A DNA stretch of 64,000 nt. Origin: an uncultured Alphaproteobacteria bacterium (GTDB taxonomy: Bacteria > Pseudomonadota > Alphaproteobacteria > Rs-D84). The notes under the pieces were generated by a model. That model was not told the DNA's origin and ran no database searches. It was given only the letters and a program-made list of their open reading frames with translations. Positions 29,511-38,464 of the stretch are shown here, one piece after another; the first letter of the stretch is position 1, and every line of letters starts with the position of its first letter. The position numbers and the translations under genes are program-made. The DNA lies in NCBI GenBank assembly GCA_934255455.1, contig CAKQNS010000001.1:33826-97825 (forward strand), written 5' to 3'.

Positions 29511-30593
29511 TTAATTCTCCGTCGCCAGTATATTATTTATTTCGCCATTTGTGCAAGTGACAAATACGGCGTCGGGCACATCGGTGAAAACGCCCTGTTC
29601 CAGACCCGTTGCCCAAACCTGGGCATCGGCGGCGCCCAGTTCCGCAAACAACCGCGCGCGTGCGGTGGCGTCCAGGTGGGCGGCGGCCTCGTCCAATAAA
29701 ATCAGTGGGCGGCGGCCGGTTTTTACATGTATCAATTTTGCATGTGCTAAAATGATATTTAACAATACCGTTTTTTGTTGGCCCGTGCTGGTCAAATGCG
29801 CCGGCAGACGCAGCGCCGAATTAAACACCCCAAAATCGGATTTGTGTGGGCCGTCCAACACCATTTTGTCGCCAATCAATTCACGATTGTTTTTCAAATA
29901 TTCCAGATATTCGCGTTCGGCGGCGGCGGCCGGCGCCCCATCAATCAGCATTTTTTCAACTGTTCCCGTGACCGAAACCGCGCACCCATCCAGAAAATAA
30001 TTTAATTCGCCGGCATATTTAATTCGCGCATCGGCAATGGCCACCGCGGTGGCCGCAATTTGATTATCAATGGCGTTCAACCAATGCACATCGCACCCGC
30101 TTTTGATTGCAAATGCGCGTTCAGATAATAATTTTGAAATGCGTGCCACGCGGCCATTGTGCGTGGCATCGAAACTGGCAACCAAACGGTCAAAAAAAGC
30201 GCGACGGTCGGCGGCACTGTCGACAAATAATCTGTCTTCGCGTGGGGTCAACCACACCATACGCAATTGCGCGCCCAGTTCCGACAATGTTGCGTTGTCG
30301 CCATCAATTCGCGCACGGCGATTTGTATCGCCCGCATTAAAATACACAGATAATTCGGTATCGTCGGACAGAACCGCAAAAACAGAAAACCCGCCCGCAC
30401 CATCAAATCGCGCAATGTCGTTATACCCCGCCCCGCGCAGTCCCCGTTCACCGGATAACATTGATACGGCCTCGAGCACGGCGGTTTTTCCCGCACCATT
30501 TGGCCCGGTGATAATAACATTGCGATGCCCGTGCGTTGTAATTCGCCCAGATTTATGATTACGAAAATCGGTCAATGTTATTGTTTCAATCAT
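29511..30593 (-). CDS. recF: DNA replication and repair protein RecF
   Basis: Walker A GPNGAGKT and a C-terminal ABC-like signature. Confidence 0.9.
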   Translation of the reverse strand: MIETITLTDFRNHKSGRITTHGHRNVIITGPNGAGKTAVLEAVSMLSGERGLRGAGYNDIARFDGAGGFSVFAVLSDDTELSVYFNAGDTNRRARIDGDNATLSELGAQLRMVWLTPREDRLFVDSAADRRAFFDRLVASFDATHNGRVARISKLLSERAFAIKSGCDVHWLNAIDNQIAATAVAIADARIKYAGELNYFLDGCAVSVTGTVEKMLIDGAPAAAAEREYLEYLKNNRELIGDKMVLDGPHKSDFGVFNSALRLPAHLTSTGQQKTVLLNIILAHAKLIHVKTGRRPLILLDEAAAHLDATARARLFAELGAADAQVWATGLEQGVFTDVPDAVFVTCTNGEINNILATEN

Positions 30594-30614
30594 ACCGCAA
30601 TACTAGGACATCTG

Positions 30615-30735
30615 GGGAAAAAGTTCAAATGCAAATTATATATATAGAGAGCACTAAAAAGTTCAAAGTTCAGAGTTCAAAGTTCAAATGAATAAAGCAG
30701 TGCGCCGGCGGCGCAATCCATTGCTCTCTAAAAAT
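30615..30735. repeat. dispersed modular repeat copy R4 (agagagca terminus, heptad module, aatgaataaagcag, gcgccggcggcgc, cattgctctct terminus)
   Basis: agagagcactaaaaagttcaaagttcagagttcaaagttcaaatgaataaagcagtgcgccggcggcgcaatccattgctctct. Confidence 0.55.
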
Positions 30736-30764
30736 AAAATTCCTGACAAGCAGGAATTATATTT

Positions 30765-30838
30765 TGGAGGCCTGGGTCGGAATCGAACCGGCATACAAGG
30801 ATTTGCAGTCCTCTGCATAACCACTCTGCCACCAGGCC
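30765..30838 (-). tRNA. tRNA-Cys (anticodon GCA)
   Basis: Reverse complement reads ggcctggtggcagagtgg...ctGCAaa...ggttcgattcc...ccaggcctcca. The acceptor stem is perfect. A downstream hairpin aattcctgacaagcaggaatt with a T tract acts as its terminator. Confidence 0.85.
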
Positions 30839-30930
30839 AAGTTCTGTGAACGCATATTAGGCAAAAAAAAATTGTAATTCAACAGAAAAATTATATTATA
30901 ATAAATGCTATTCAGAGCAAGAGAGAATGT

Positions 30931-32283
30931 ATGAGGAAAATATCACTGTTATTACTGTGTTTGGCGCCGTCATTGGCGTTTGCTGCGCCTGATGATGATT
31001 GCGCCACACGCACAACTGTGCCGGCCGAACGTCTGAATTTGCCCCAGGTGGTTGATTTGGGATTGTGTCGTAATCCGACAACGGCGGCGTCATATATGGC
31101 GTTGCAATCGGCACGATTCGCAAAAAATGCCGGGTATGCAAATTATTTGCCAAATGTGTCGGCATCTGCATCGGCGTCATTACCGTATCGAAACAAAGAA
31201 TGGGGTGATTGGTCGTATGGCGCATCATTATCGGCATCGTATTTGTTGTTTGATTTTGGCAAACGTCTGGCCGATGTAAATCAATTGACGGCATCATGGC
31301 GCGCGGCCGGTTTTGAATATGATGAAAATGTTCAAAATTACATATATGGCATAATTGGTGCATACTATAATTTGTTAAATGCCGACGCCGATGTAAAAAG
31401 TGCTGAAAGTCTGCGCACCGTTGCGCAAACCGCGCGTGACACGGCATCAAAAAAATTCAAGGCAGGCTCGGTCGCCAAGGCCGATGTATTAAAGGCCGAA
31501 ACCACATTGGCCAGTCGTAATTTGGACCTGGAACGCGCGAAAAACAATCGCGAGATTGCCAAGGGAACCCTGTTGAGCAAACTGTCGTTTTCGGCAAACC
31601 AGAATATTGAAATTGCCGATATGCCGTCGGAATTTGGTCGCGCATCGGAAATTGAAAGCGTTGACGAATTGATACGCGTTGCCGAAAAACAGCGCCCTGA
31701 CCTGTTGCGGGCGGCGGCGAACAAAGATGCCGCGTGGCATCGTCGTAATGCGTCGTTCTTGAAAAATTTGCCCAGCATTTCGGCATCGGGTTCAGTTTCG
31801 TGGAACGACACACCGTCTGAAAATTTCAATGCCGGCAGTGATAAAATCAGTGGCAGCATTGGCATCCGTGCGTCTATGCCAATATTTGCGGGTTTTGCAA
31901 ATATGTATGGCATTCGCCAGGCCCAGGCAAATTATGACGCCGCAATTGAACAGGAACGCGCCACCGGCGATTCGGCCACATTGGATATATTTACAGCATA
32001 TCAAAACTATAAAACCGCCCAGACCGTGTTGAAACAGACCGAAACACTGTTGACATCGGCCACAGAAAGTGAACGCGTCACGGCGGGTATGTACAGGGTT
32101 GGTCGTGCAACCATGTTGGATTGGCAAACGGCGCAATCTGAATTGGTTGATGCACAAAAACAAAACAACGCCGCGAAATATGATTTGTTTACAAAACGTG
32201 CGGCGGTTGCATTGGCCATCGGTGAAATCAAGGTGGAAATGGGAAAGGGAGAGAACACAAATGAAGCAGAAACAGAAGAATAA
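30931..32283 (+). CDS. TolC-family outer membrane efflux channel
   Basis: Signal peptide and two OEP repeats with coiled-coil helices; first gene of an MFP/ABC cluster. Confidence 0.8.
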   Translation: MRKISLLLLCLAPSLAFAAPDDDCATRTTVPAERLNLPQVVDLGLCRNPTTAASYMALQSARFAKNAGYANYLPNVSASASASLPYRNKEWGDWSYGASLSASYLLFDFGKRLADVNQLTASWRAAGFEYDENVQNYIYGIIGAYYNLLNADADVKSAESLRTVAQTARDTASKKFKAGSVAKADVLKAETTLASRNLDLERAKNNREIAKGTLLSKLSFSANQNIEIADMPSEFGRASEIESVDELIRVAEKQRPDLLRAAANKDAAWHRRNASFLKNLPSISASGSVSWNDTPSENFNAGSDKISGSIGIRASMPIFAGFANMYGIRQAQANYDAAIEQERATGDSATLDIFTAYQNYKTAQTVLKQTETLLTSATESERVTAGMYRVGRATMLDWQTAQSELVDAQKQNNAAKYDLFTKRAAVALAIGEIKVEMGKGENTNEAETEE

Positions 32284-33481
32284 TGTGGTGAAAGCCGCGC
32301 GCCCGTCGTTTGTGCGTCGCGCATTTCGGTGGATTTGGCGTAAAAAATGGTGGATTATAATTTTGGTCGCCGTTGTGTGGGGTGCGTTTGCACTGTTTGG
32401 TGGCGGTTCCCCAAAAGAAGAACCATTGGCAACATTGCCAATCAACCGTGGTGATATGCGCCAGGTCGTGACCGCAACCGGTGAAATTCAACCACTGAAT
32501 ACAGTGAATGTTGGGTCCCAGGTATCTGGCACCATTGAAAAATTATATGTTGATTATAATTCCAAGGTGAAAAAGGGTGATGTTCTGTTGGAAATAGAAC
32601 CGTCTGTATTACAGGCGCAGGTTGATGAAGCCAAGGCGTCCTTGGTCAGTGCGGAATCGCAGCGCAATTATGCGAAAAGTGAATATACCCGCAATAAAAC
32701 ACTGTATAACGCCGGGTTTATTTCGCGTGCCGAAATGGAACAGTCTCAAACCACATACGAACAAGCCGAACAATCGGTCAACCGTATGAAATCGCAATAT
32801 GATCGCGCGGTCACAAATTTGGGTTATGCAACAATTACATCCCCAGTTGATGGAACAGTTATCTCGCGCGAGGTTGATGTTGGTCAAACCGTTGCAGCAT
32901 CATTCCAGACACCAGATTTATTCAAAATTGCCGAAGACCTGTCCCAGATGCAGATTGAAACATCGGTATCCGAGGCCGACATTGGCGTTATCAAAGAAAG
33001 CCAGCCCGTCACATTTACCGTTGATGCGTACCCAGACCAAACATTTGATGGCATTGTGCGCCAGATTCGTTTGTCGCCAACCACAACATCTAATGTCGTT
33101 GTGTACACAGTGGTGATTGATGTTGATAACTCTGATTTGCGTTTGATGCCGGGAATGACCGCATTTGTGACAATCGTTGTTTCAAATAAAACAGATGTAT
33201 TCAAGGTGCAAAATGCTGCGCTGGTTTTGCGTAAATTTGATGGCATTGTTGATAATGCAGGTGACGCAACACCAAACGACCATCTGGCAATTCAGCGCGA
33301 CGGAAAGATAATTTTGGTCCCGTATACCAAAGGCCTGGTGACGGCAACCGAAACAGAAATTATTTCCGATGAAATTCAAGATGGCGATCGTATTGTTATC
33401 GGCCGCACTGGACAAAAATCCACCAACACCACCAACCGTATGGGCGGCGGCCCGGGCGGCCCCGGTGGCGGCCCAATGTAG
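32261..33481 (+). CDS. macA: HlyD/MacA-family periplasmic adaptor (membrane fusion protein)
   Basis: N-terminal TM anchor, coiled-coil and lipoyl/beta-barrel regions. The start is set at the internal ATG (MKQKQKNN...) with an aggga SD. The C-terminus is a Gly/Pro tail GGGPGGPGGGPM. Confidence 0.8.
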   Translation: MKQKQKNNVVKAARPSFVRRAFRWIWRKKWWIIILVAVVWGAFALFGGGSPKEEPLATLPINRGDMRQVVTATGEIQPLNTVNVGSQVSGTIEKLYVDYNSKVKKGDVLLEIEPSVLQAQVDEAKASLVSAESQRNYAKSEYTRNKTLYNAGFISRAEMEQSQTTYEQAEQSVNRMKSQYDRAVTNLGYATITSPVDGTVISREVDVGQTVAASFQTPDLFKIAEDLSQMQIETSVSEADIGVIKESQPVTFTVDAYPDQTFDGIVRQIRLSPTTTSNVVVYTVVIDVDNSDLRLMPGMTAFVTIVVSNKTDVFKVQNAALVLRKFDGIVDNAGDATPNDHLAIQRDGKIILVPYTKGLVTATETEIISDEIQDGDRIVIGRTGQKSTNTTNRMGGGPGGPGGGPM

Positions 33482-33484
33482 GGA

Positions 33485-33516
33485 TAAAAAACGCACCGCA
33501 CGGTGCGTTTTTTTAT
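33485..33516 (+). terminator. hairpin with T tract between macA and the ABC ATPase gene
   Basis: aaaaaacgcaccgcacggtgcgttttttt. Confidence 0.5.
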
Positions 33517-33563
33517 TCGTTTGTCGCCAAAATGCGTGTATAATATATGGCCGAGGGAACAGA

Positions 33564-34286
33564 ATGAAAAAGACATCAGAAATCATTATATCGATGCAGG
33601 ATATTTGTAAAAGTTTTCCTGTGGAACTGGGGGGCGAACAACAGGTTTTGTTTGACATAAATTTTGATGTGCACGCCCATGAATTTGTTGCAATTATGGG
33701 GCCGTCGGGGTCTGGAAAATCCACATGTATGAATATCATTGGCGCGCTGGATACACCGACATCTGGGGTGTATGAACTATATGGGCGCGACATTACAAAT
33801 ATGACGGCCGATGAATTGGCGGTTGTGCGAAATGAATACATCGGATTTGTTTTCCAGCAATTTGATTTGCTGTCTAAACGCAGCGTTTTGGATAATGTGA
33901 TGTTGCCGTTGATGTATCGCGGTTTGCCCATGGCGGAACGCGTGCGTCGTGCGCGCGAAATGTTGGCTCGCGTTGGATTGGAAAAATTTGAATCTTATTT
34001 GCCAACGCAATTGTCGGGTGGTATGAAACAACGCGTTGCAATTGCGCGTGCGTTGGCGGGGAACCCGAAACTGATTCTGGCGGACGAACCGACCGGCGCA
34101 TTGGACAGTAAAATGGGTAATGAAATTTTGAAATTCTTTACCGAATTAAATCGTGATTTGGGAATAACAATCGTTATGATTACGCACGAATTTGACATCG
34201 CAAAATATGCCGACCGTCTGATTCATATTCGCGACGGCCGAATAAATTACGATGGCAAAATGCCAAAAACCGACGACAAGTTGTAA
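33564..34286 (+). CDS. MacB/LolD-type ABC transporter ATP-binding protein (separate polypeptide)
   Basis: Walker A GPSGSGKST, LSGGMKQRVAIARAL signature, Walker B LILADEPTGALD. The start is at the internal ATG with a gaggga SD. Confidence 0.85.
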   Translation: MKKTSEIIISMQDICKSFPVELGGEQQVLFDINFDVHAHEFVAIMGPSGSGKSTCMNIIGALDTPTSGVYELYGRDITNMTADELAVVRNEYIGFVFQQFDLLSKRSVLDNVMLPLMYRGLPMAERVRRAREMLARVGLEKFESYLPTQLSGGMKQRVAIARALAGNPKLILADEPTGALDSKMGNEILKFFTELNRDLGITIVMITHEFDIAKYADRLIHIRDGRINYDGKMPKTDDKL

Positions 34287-34298
34287 TGGGGGTGTAAT

Positions 34299-35516
34299 AT
34301 GACTTTTAATGACATTTTCAAAGAATCGTGGTTGTCCATCAGCGGGAATAAAATTCGCTCGTTCTTGACGGTGCTGGGCATTGTTATCGGTGTTATGGCG
34401 GTGGTGATTATGGTCGCCGTTGGCGAAACCGTGCAAAAACAGATTACGGACCAATTTTCATCGCTGGGCACTGGCACAATCATCATTCGTGCGGGTGCGG
34501 CGCAAACCGGTGGTGTACGCAGTGGTAATCGTCAAACATTGACCATTGATGATGCCGAATACATTGGTAAATTGCCCGATGTTGCCGCGGTCAGCCCGGT
34601 GCAAAATTCTGGTGCCCAGGTTGTATATGGAAACAAAAACTGGTCTACATCAATGATGGGTGTTTACCCCGGTTACACCACCGTTCAAAACATAGAAATT
34701 GAAAAAGGTGCGTTCTTTGATGCGTCGGCGGTGCGAAATGCGTCTACGTACGCCGTAATTGGCCCCACAACGGCCGAAGAGTTAGGTCTGCCTGACAATC
34801 CTATCGGAACAGTAATTCGCGTTCAGAACACGCCCTTTGTTGTTATTGGCGTGACCAAGGCCAAGGGTGATTCCGCCATGGGCAGTCAAGACGATATGGT
34901 TATCATTCCGATTACCACATTGAAAAAGCGTCTGTCGGGCAGTCGTTTTCCGAATTCGGTCCAGATGATTTCGTTGAAACTGTATTCCGATGCCGATAAT
35001 ACATTAGTGATTGAACAAATCACACAATTGTTGCGCAGCCGCCATAAATTAAAGGATTCCGATGCCGACGATTTCCAGATTATGGATATGAAACAGGTTA
35101 TGGAAACCATGAACACGGTGACTGGCTATATGAAAATGCTGTTGATTGCAATTGCGGCTGTGTCGTTGTTGGTGGGGGCAATTGGTATTATGAACATGAT
35201 GTTGGTGTCGGTCGCTGAACGCACGCGTGAAATCGGTATACGCAAGGCCATCGGTGCCCGTGAACGCCAGATTATAATTCAATTTCTGTCCGAATCGATT
35301 TTGATTTCGTTTATGGGGTCAATGGCGGGGTTGGTGCTGGGCGTTGGCCTGTCCCAGGGCGTTGGACGCCTGTGGATGGGATATAATGTTCCATTTTCAA
35401 TTTGGCCACCGATTTTGGCTGTGTCGGTTGCGGTGATTGTTGGATTGGCGTCTGGTGTCGTACCAGCATTAAAGGCCGCAAAATTAAACCCAATTGACAG
35501 TCTGCGACACGAATAA
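34299..35516 (+). CDS. MacB/LolCE-type ABC permease (FtsX family, 4 TM with large periplasmic domain)
   Basis: N-terminal TM, a roughly 220-aa periplasmic domain and a C-terminal 3-TM FtsX bundle. Confidence 0.85.
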   Translation: MTFNDIFKESWLSISGNKIRSFLTVLGIVIGVMAVVIMVAVGETVQKQITDQFSSLGTGTIIIRAGAAQTGGVRSGNRQTLTIDDAEYIGKLPDVAAVSPVQNSGAQVVYGNKNWSTSMMGVYPGYTTVQNIEIEKGAFFDASAVRNASTYAVIGPTTAEELGLPDNPIGTVIRVQNTPFVVIGVTKAKGDSAMGSQDDMVIIPITTLKKRLSGSRFPNSVQMISLKLYSDADNTLVIEQITQLLRSRHKLKDSDADDFQIMDMKQVMETMNTVTGYMKMLLIAIAAVSLLVGAIGIMNMMLVSVAERTREIGIRKAIGARERQIIIQFLSESILISFMGSMAGLVLGVGLSQGVGRLWMGYNVPFSIWPPILAVSVAVIVGLASGVVPALKAAKLNPIDSLRHE

Positions 35517-35545
35517 AAATGCCGGCATTTGCCGGCATTTTTATT
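35517..35545 (+). terminator. intrinsic terminator after the efflux permease gene
   Basis: atgccggc-attt-gccggcat followed by ttttt. The same gccggcatttgccggc hairpin recurs at 6631, 38435 and 44437. Confidence 0.6.
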
Positions 35546-35878
35546 AGAGAGCAAAGAGCAGATAGCAGAGAGCAATGTTTTTATTCCGTCATACCGGCGC
35601 CCGGGCCCCGCGGAATTGATAAATTCCGTGGGTGGTACCAGGCCGGTATCCATTGCCCCGCAGGGACTTTACATTGGATTGCTTCGCTACGCTCGCAATG
35701 ACAAGATGTTGACTTTATCAAAATCCCCTTCGCTGGCGAAGGGGTGTCCACGCAGTGGACGGGGTAGTGGTGGTTCCCGCTGGGCACAAATGGTCACTTG
35801 TGTTTTCAACAAAACAATTGTATAATGTTCGTCGCAGTGATGTGTTGTCACTGTGGGGTGTAAGAACCTTGAACTTAT

Positions 35879-36245
35879 GCATCCGCAGGGATGTAAAAAA
35901 CTCCAACCGATGTGGTTGGAGGGCTCGTGAATATATTGAATAAACGGCACTATTTCATAAGTTATAGTTCTTAACCTCCAACCACCTGAATTTTCTGGTG
36001 GTTTTCTTTTTGGGGGACGTTATGAGAATTGGACTGGAAATAGAACAAATCCGCCAGGAACTGGGATTGTCGGTTGTATTTATGTGCAATGCAATGGATT
36101 TAACCACGGGTGAATATCAAAGACTGTTATGCGGGCGATACCGATTAAATATATTCCAATTGATTGGCTTTATTGGTACAACTTGCCGCCCTTTGCCGTT
36201 GAACGAACACCCATCGCTGCTCTATCCCGCCACAACACAAAGAAA
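35879..36245. repeat. copy 1 of a roughly 370-bp duplicated segment (includes HTH ORF); copy 2 inverted at 44563-44931
   Basis: Long colinear match by eye, including the ctccaacc..ggttggag and aaccacc..ggtggtt hairpins and the ORF. Confidence 0.5.
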
Positions 36246-36258
36246 AGTTGGTAAGTGA
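35998..36258 (+). CDS. small HTH (XRE-like) protein encoded inside the repeat element
   Basis: 86 aa. IEQIRQELGLSVVFMCNAMDLTTGEYQRLL fits a helix-turn-helix pattern. A near-identical 84-aa ORF lies at 44561-44815 (-). Confidence 0.4.
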   Translation: MVFFLGDVMRIGLEIEQIRQELGLSVVFMCNAMDLTTGEYQRLLCGRYRLNIFQLIGFIGTTCRPLPLNEHPSLLYPATTQRKVGK

Positions 36259-36488
36259 TATAGTGATGAAGTGATAGAGTTTTAGAATAAAAAAATAAAA
36301 ACTTGTCATTGCGAGCGTAGCGAAGCAATCCAATATAAAGTCACTGCGGGGCAATGGTGACCCTCCTTCGCCGGTATGACGGAATAAAAACATTGCTCTC
36401 TTTATCGCGGCGGAGCGCCAGCGAAGACGGATGAACTTTGAACTCTGAACTTTGAACTTTTTATTGCGCCAACGGCGCAACTCATTGC

Positions 36489-36521
36489 TCTCTATAAAAA
36501 AACGCGCCACCGGCGCGTTTT
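36489..36521 (-). terminator. infC terminator
   Basis: Read on the minus strand: aaaaacgcgccggtggcgcgttttttta. Confidence 0.5.
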
Positions 36522-37076
36522 TTATTTCTTGCTGGCTGGTGCCACAATAATCGATTTCGTGCGCTCGTCCGGCTTGGATCGCGATTCCAATGTGCCGGCG
36601 TCGCCAACCAATTCCATAATGCGTGCAAATAATTCCGGCACGGCATCCTTGCCACGCGCCAAAACCTTTTTCGAACCACGGGTCATAACGGCAATTTTAA
36701 CCTTGTTACCCTGGCCCAGGAATTCAAAAACCTTTTTCATTTTTATGTTCAGGTCGTTTTCTTCGATAAATGGTTTGACCCAAACTTCTTTCATCTCGAC
36801 CGTTTTTTGATTCTTTTTCGCCTCGGATGCGCGTTTTTTCTGTTCGTATTTGAATTTGCCATAATCCATAATTTTCACAATTGGCACGGCGCCATTTGCG
36901 TTGATTTCGACCAAATCCAGCCCATCGTCCATCGCCATCTGCAACGCGGCAGATGTCTGCATAACGCCCAAATTCTGGCCGGTAGCGCTGATTACTTGAA
37001 CTGTTTTTGCGAAAATCCGATTGTTCATACGCGGGCCCATATCCCGACGATTATCACGGTTAAATGCAGGTTTAAT
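36522..37076 (-). CDS. infC: translation initiation factor IF-3, probable AUU start codon
   Basis: IF-3 N- and C-domains (GLDLVEINANGAVPIVKIMDYGKFKYE). An in-frame ATT lies 36 nt upstream of the first ATG, with a GGAG SD 6 nt before it. Confidence 0.8.
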   Translation of the reverse strand: MKPAFNRDNRRDMGPRMNNRIFAKTVQVISATGQNLGVMQTSAALQMAMDDGLDLVEINANGAVPIVKIMDYGKFKYEQKKRASEAKKNQKTVEMKEVWVKPFIEENDLNIKMKKVFEFLGQGNKVKIAVMTRGSKKVLARGKDAVPELFARIMELVGDAGTLESRSKPDERTKSIIVAPASKK

Positions 37077-37112
37077 TGTATACTCCTTTGATATTTATGC
37101 AGAAATTATTAA

Positions 37113-37916
37113 CTATTTATCGGCACTTTTCAACAAATTTTGAATTTGTTGTAATGCGGTCCATGCGTCGCGCTTGGCCGTGGGCTTTAATAACAGGTAA
37201 TTTGGGTGGAATATCGGCATACATTTTATACCGGTCAGGCTGTCTGCAACAACGCCGTGTGCTCGCGCCAAATTTGCGCCCGCGATTTCTGTTGCCGGCA
37301 ATGTCCCCAGTGTTAAAATCAAACGCGGTGATAAAAATCCTAATGCGCGGTCAACAAACGGTCGCGTCAAATCCAGTTCATCACGCGTCGGTGTGCGCCC
37401 GCCGGGTGTGCGCCAAAACAGCATCGGCAATATTGATACGCTGTCGCGCGACATTCCAATTGCGGCCAGCATTTTGTCCAATAATTCGCCGGCCGGGCCG
37501 CTTAAAATCTGGCCCGATGCATCATCATCGGCGCTGGGAATATCGGTCACGATAACTAGTCCATTTGGTTTTGGGGCAATGTGTGGCAAAACAACATTTG
37601 TTGCCGCCGCGCGCAATGGGTGACCGAATTCGGAAATCATGCGGCACAGTGACCCTGTGTCCGCCGGTCGTGCGGCCATTGCCCGCGCGGTATCGACCGA
37701 TACCGCAATGGTTGGTGCAATTGGTGGCACAACCGATGTTGGTGTACGAATGTTTGCAATGTCTTGGATGTGTGCAGGATTGCGTGCCGCCGTTGCCGTG
37801 TTTTCCACGCGCGCTGCGGCTTGGACCGCCGCCGATTGTATCAACGCAAACGGCACATCACCTATTTCCCAACAAACCCCAGATAACGCTAAATCCCGCA
37901 GTTCTTCACATTGCAT
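37113..37916 (-). CDS. uracil-DNA glycosylase family-4-like protein with degenerate motif A and Pro/Ala-rich N-terminal extension
   Basis: GPAGELLDKMLAAIGMSRDSV matches the family-4 G.PFVG.AG.LL..ML motif. The expected GEAPG is replaced by TDIPSADDD. Confidence 0.5.
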   Translation of the reverse strand: MQCEELRDLALSGVCWEIGDVPFALIQSAAVQAAARVENTATAARNPAHIQDIANIRTPTSVVPPIAPTIAVSVDTARAMAARPADTGSLCRMISEFGHPLRAAATNVVLPHIAPKPNGLVIVTDIPSADDDASGQILSGPAGELLDKMLAAIGMSRDSVSILPMLFWRTPGGRTPTRDELDLTRPFVDRALGFLSPRLILTLGTLPATEIAGANLARAHGVVADSLTGIKCMPIFHPNYLLLKPTAKRDAWTALQQIQNLLKSADK

Positions 37917-37994
37917 TTTTTGTTTTTCCTTGATTTTTCAAACATTTCATTATACACTATACCACGAGCAACAGAAACTCAAGGGAGTATTTTC

Positions 37995-38411
37995 ATGAAA
38001 ATTAAAAACTTTGCTATGTTAGCCGGTGTCGCTGGTTTGTTGGCCGCTTGTGGTGGTTCCAGCATCGTCGAACCTGCTGACTTGAACGATCAACGCGTAT
38101 TTTTTGCGTTCAATTCTTCGGATATTTCCGACGAAGCGCGCAACAACCTGTTGGGCCAGTCTTTGTATATGAAGAATCACGCCGACACAAAAATCCAGAT
38201 TGCTGGTAATTGCGACGAACGCGGTTCTACTGAATACAACTTGGCGTTGGGTGCGCGTCGTGCAAATGCCGCAAAATCGGTCTTGGTTGCCGATGGCATA
38301 GATTCTAAACGTATTTCCACCATTTCTTATGGCAAAGAACGTCCATTGGTCAAAGGTACCGGTGAAAGCGTTTGGAAAATGAATCGTAACGCAACAACAA
38401 CTGTTAAATAA
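37995..38411 (+). CDS. pal: peptidoglycan-associated lipoprotein (OmpA C-terminal domain)
   Basis: Lipobox LLAAC G, and an OmpA-like domain with NCDERGSTEYNLALGARRA. The start is at the internal ATG with an aagggag SD. Confidence 0.8.
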   Translation: MKIKNFAMLAGVAGLLAACGGSSIVEPADLNDQRVFFAFNSSDISDEARNNLLGQSLYMKNHADTKIQIAGNCDERGSTEYNLALGARRANAAKSVLVADGIDSKRISTISYGKERPLVKGTGESVWKMNRNATTTVK

Positions 38412-38434
38412 TATTGTTGTAAAAATGTAAAAAA

Positions 38435-38460
38435 CACCGGCAAATGCCGGTGTTTTTTTT
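38435..38460 (+). terminator. pal intrinsic terminator
   Basis: caccggc-aaat-gccggtg followed by tttttttt. Confidence 0.6.
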
Positions 38461-38464
38461 ATAG

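Larger units (their letters stand above)
35546..36520. mobile_element. composite foldback / MITE-like element with long imperfect inverted arms, carrying a small HTH ORF
   Basis: The left arm 35568-35705 is the reverse complement of the right arm 36302-36400 (ends gagagcaatg / cattgctctc; the inner 30 bp are perfect). The interior contains hairpins and the ORF at 35998-36258. The right flank carries further family modules (36398-36495). Confidence 0.5.

Noticed and set aside
30658-30690. Tandem heptamer arrays (agttcaa/agttcag) considered as a CRISPR array or VNTR.
   Set aside because: The units are only 7 bp with no spacers, in 3.5-unit arrays. They always form one module of the larger dispersed element.
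32069-32283. The long upstream extensions of the macA (32069), fabG, fabD, metG, pal, truB, pnp, infB and TPR-protein ORFs in the ORF track.
   Set aside because: The extensions overlap the upstream genes or lack an SD. The internal ATGs with an SD and family-typical N-termini were chosen instead.
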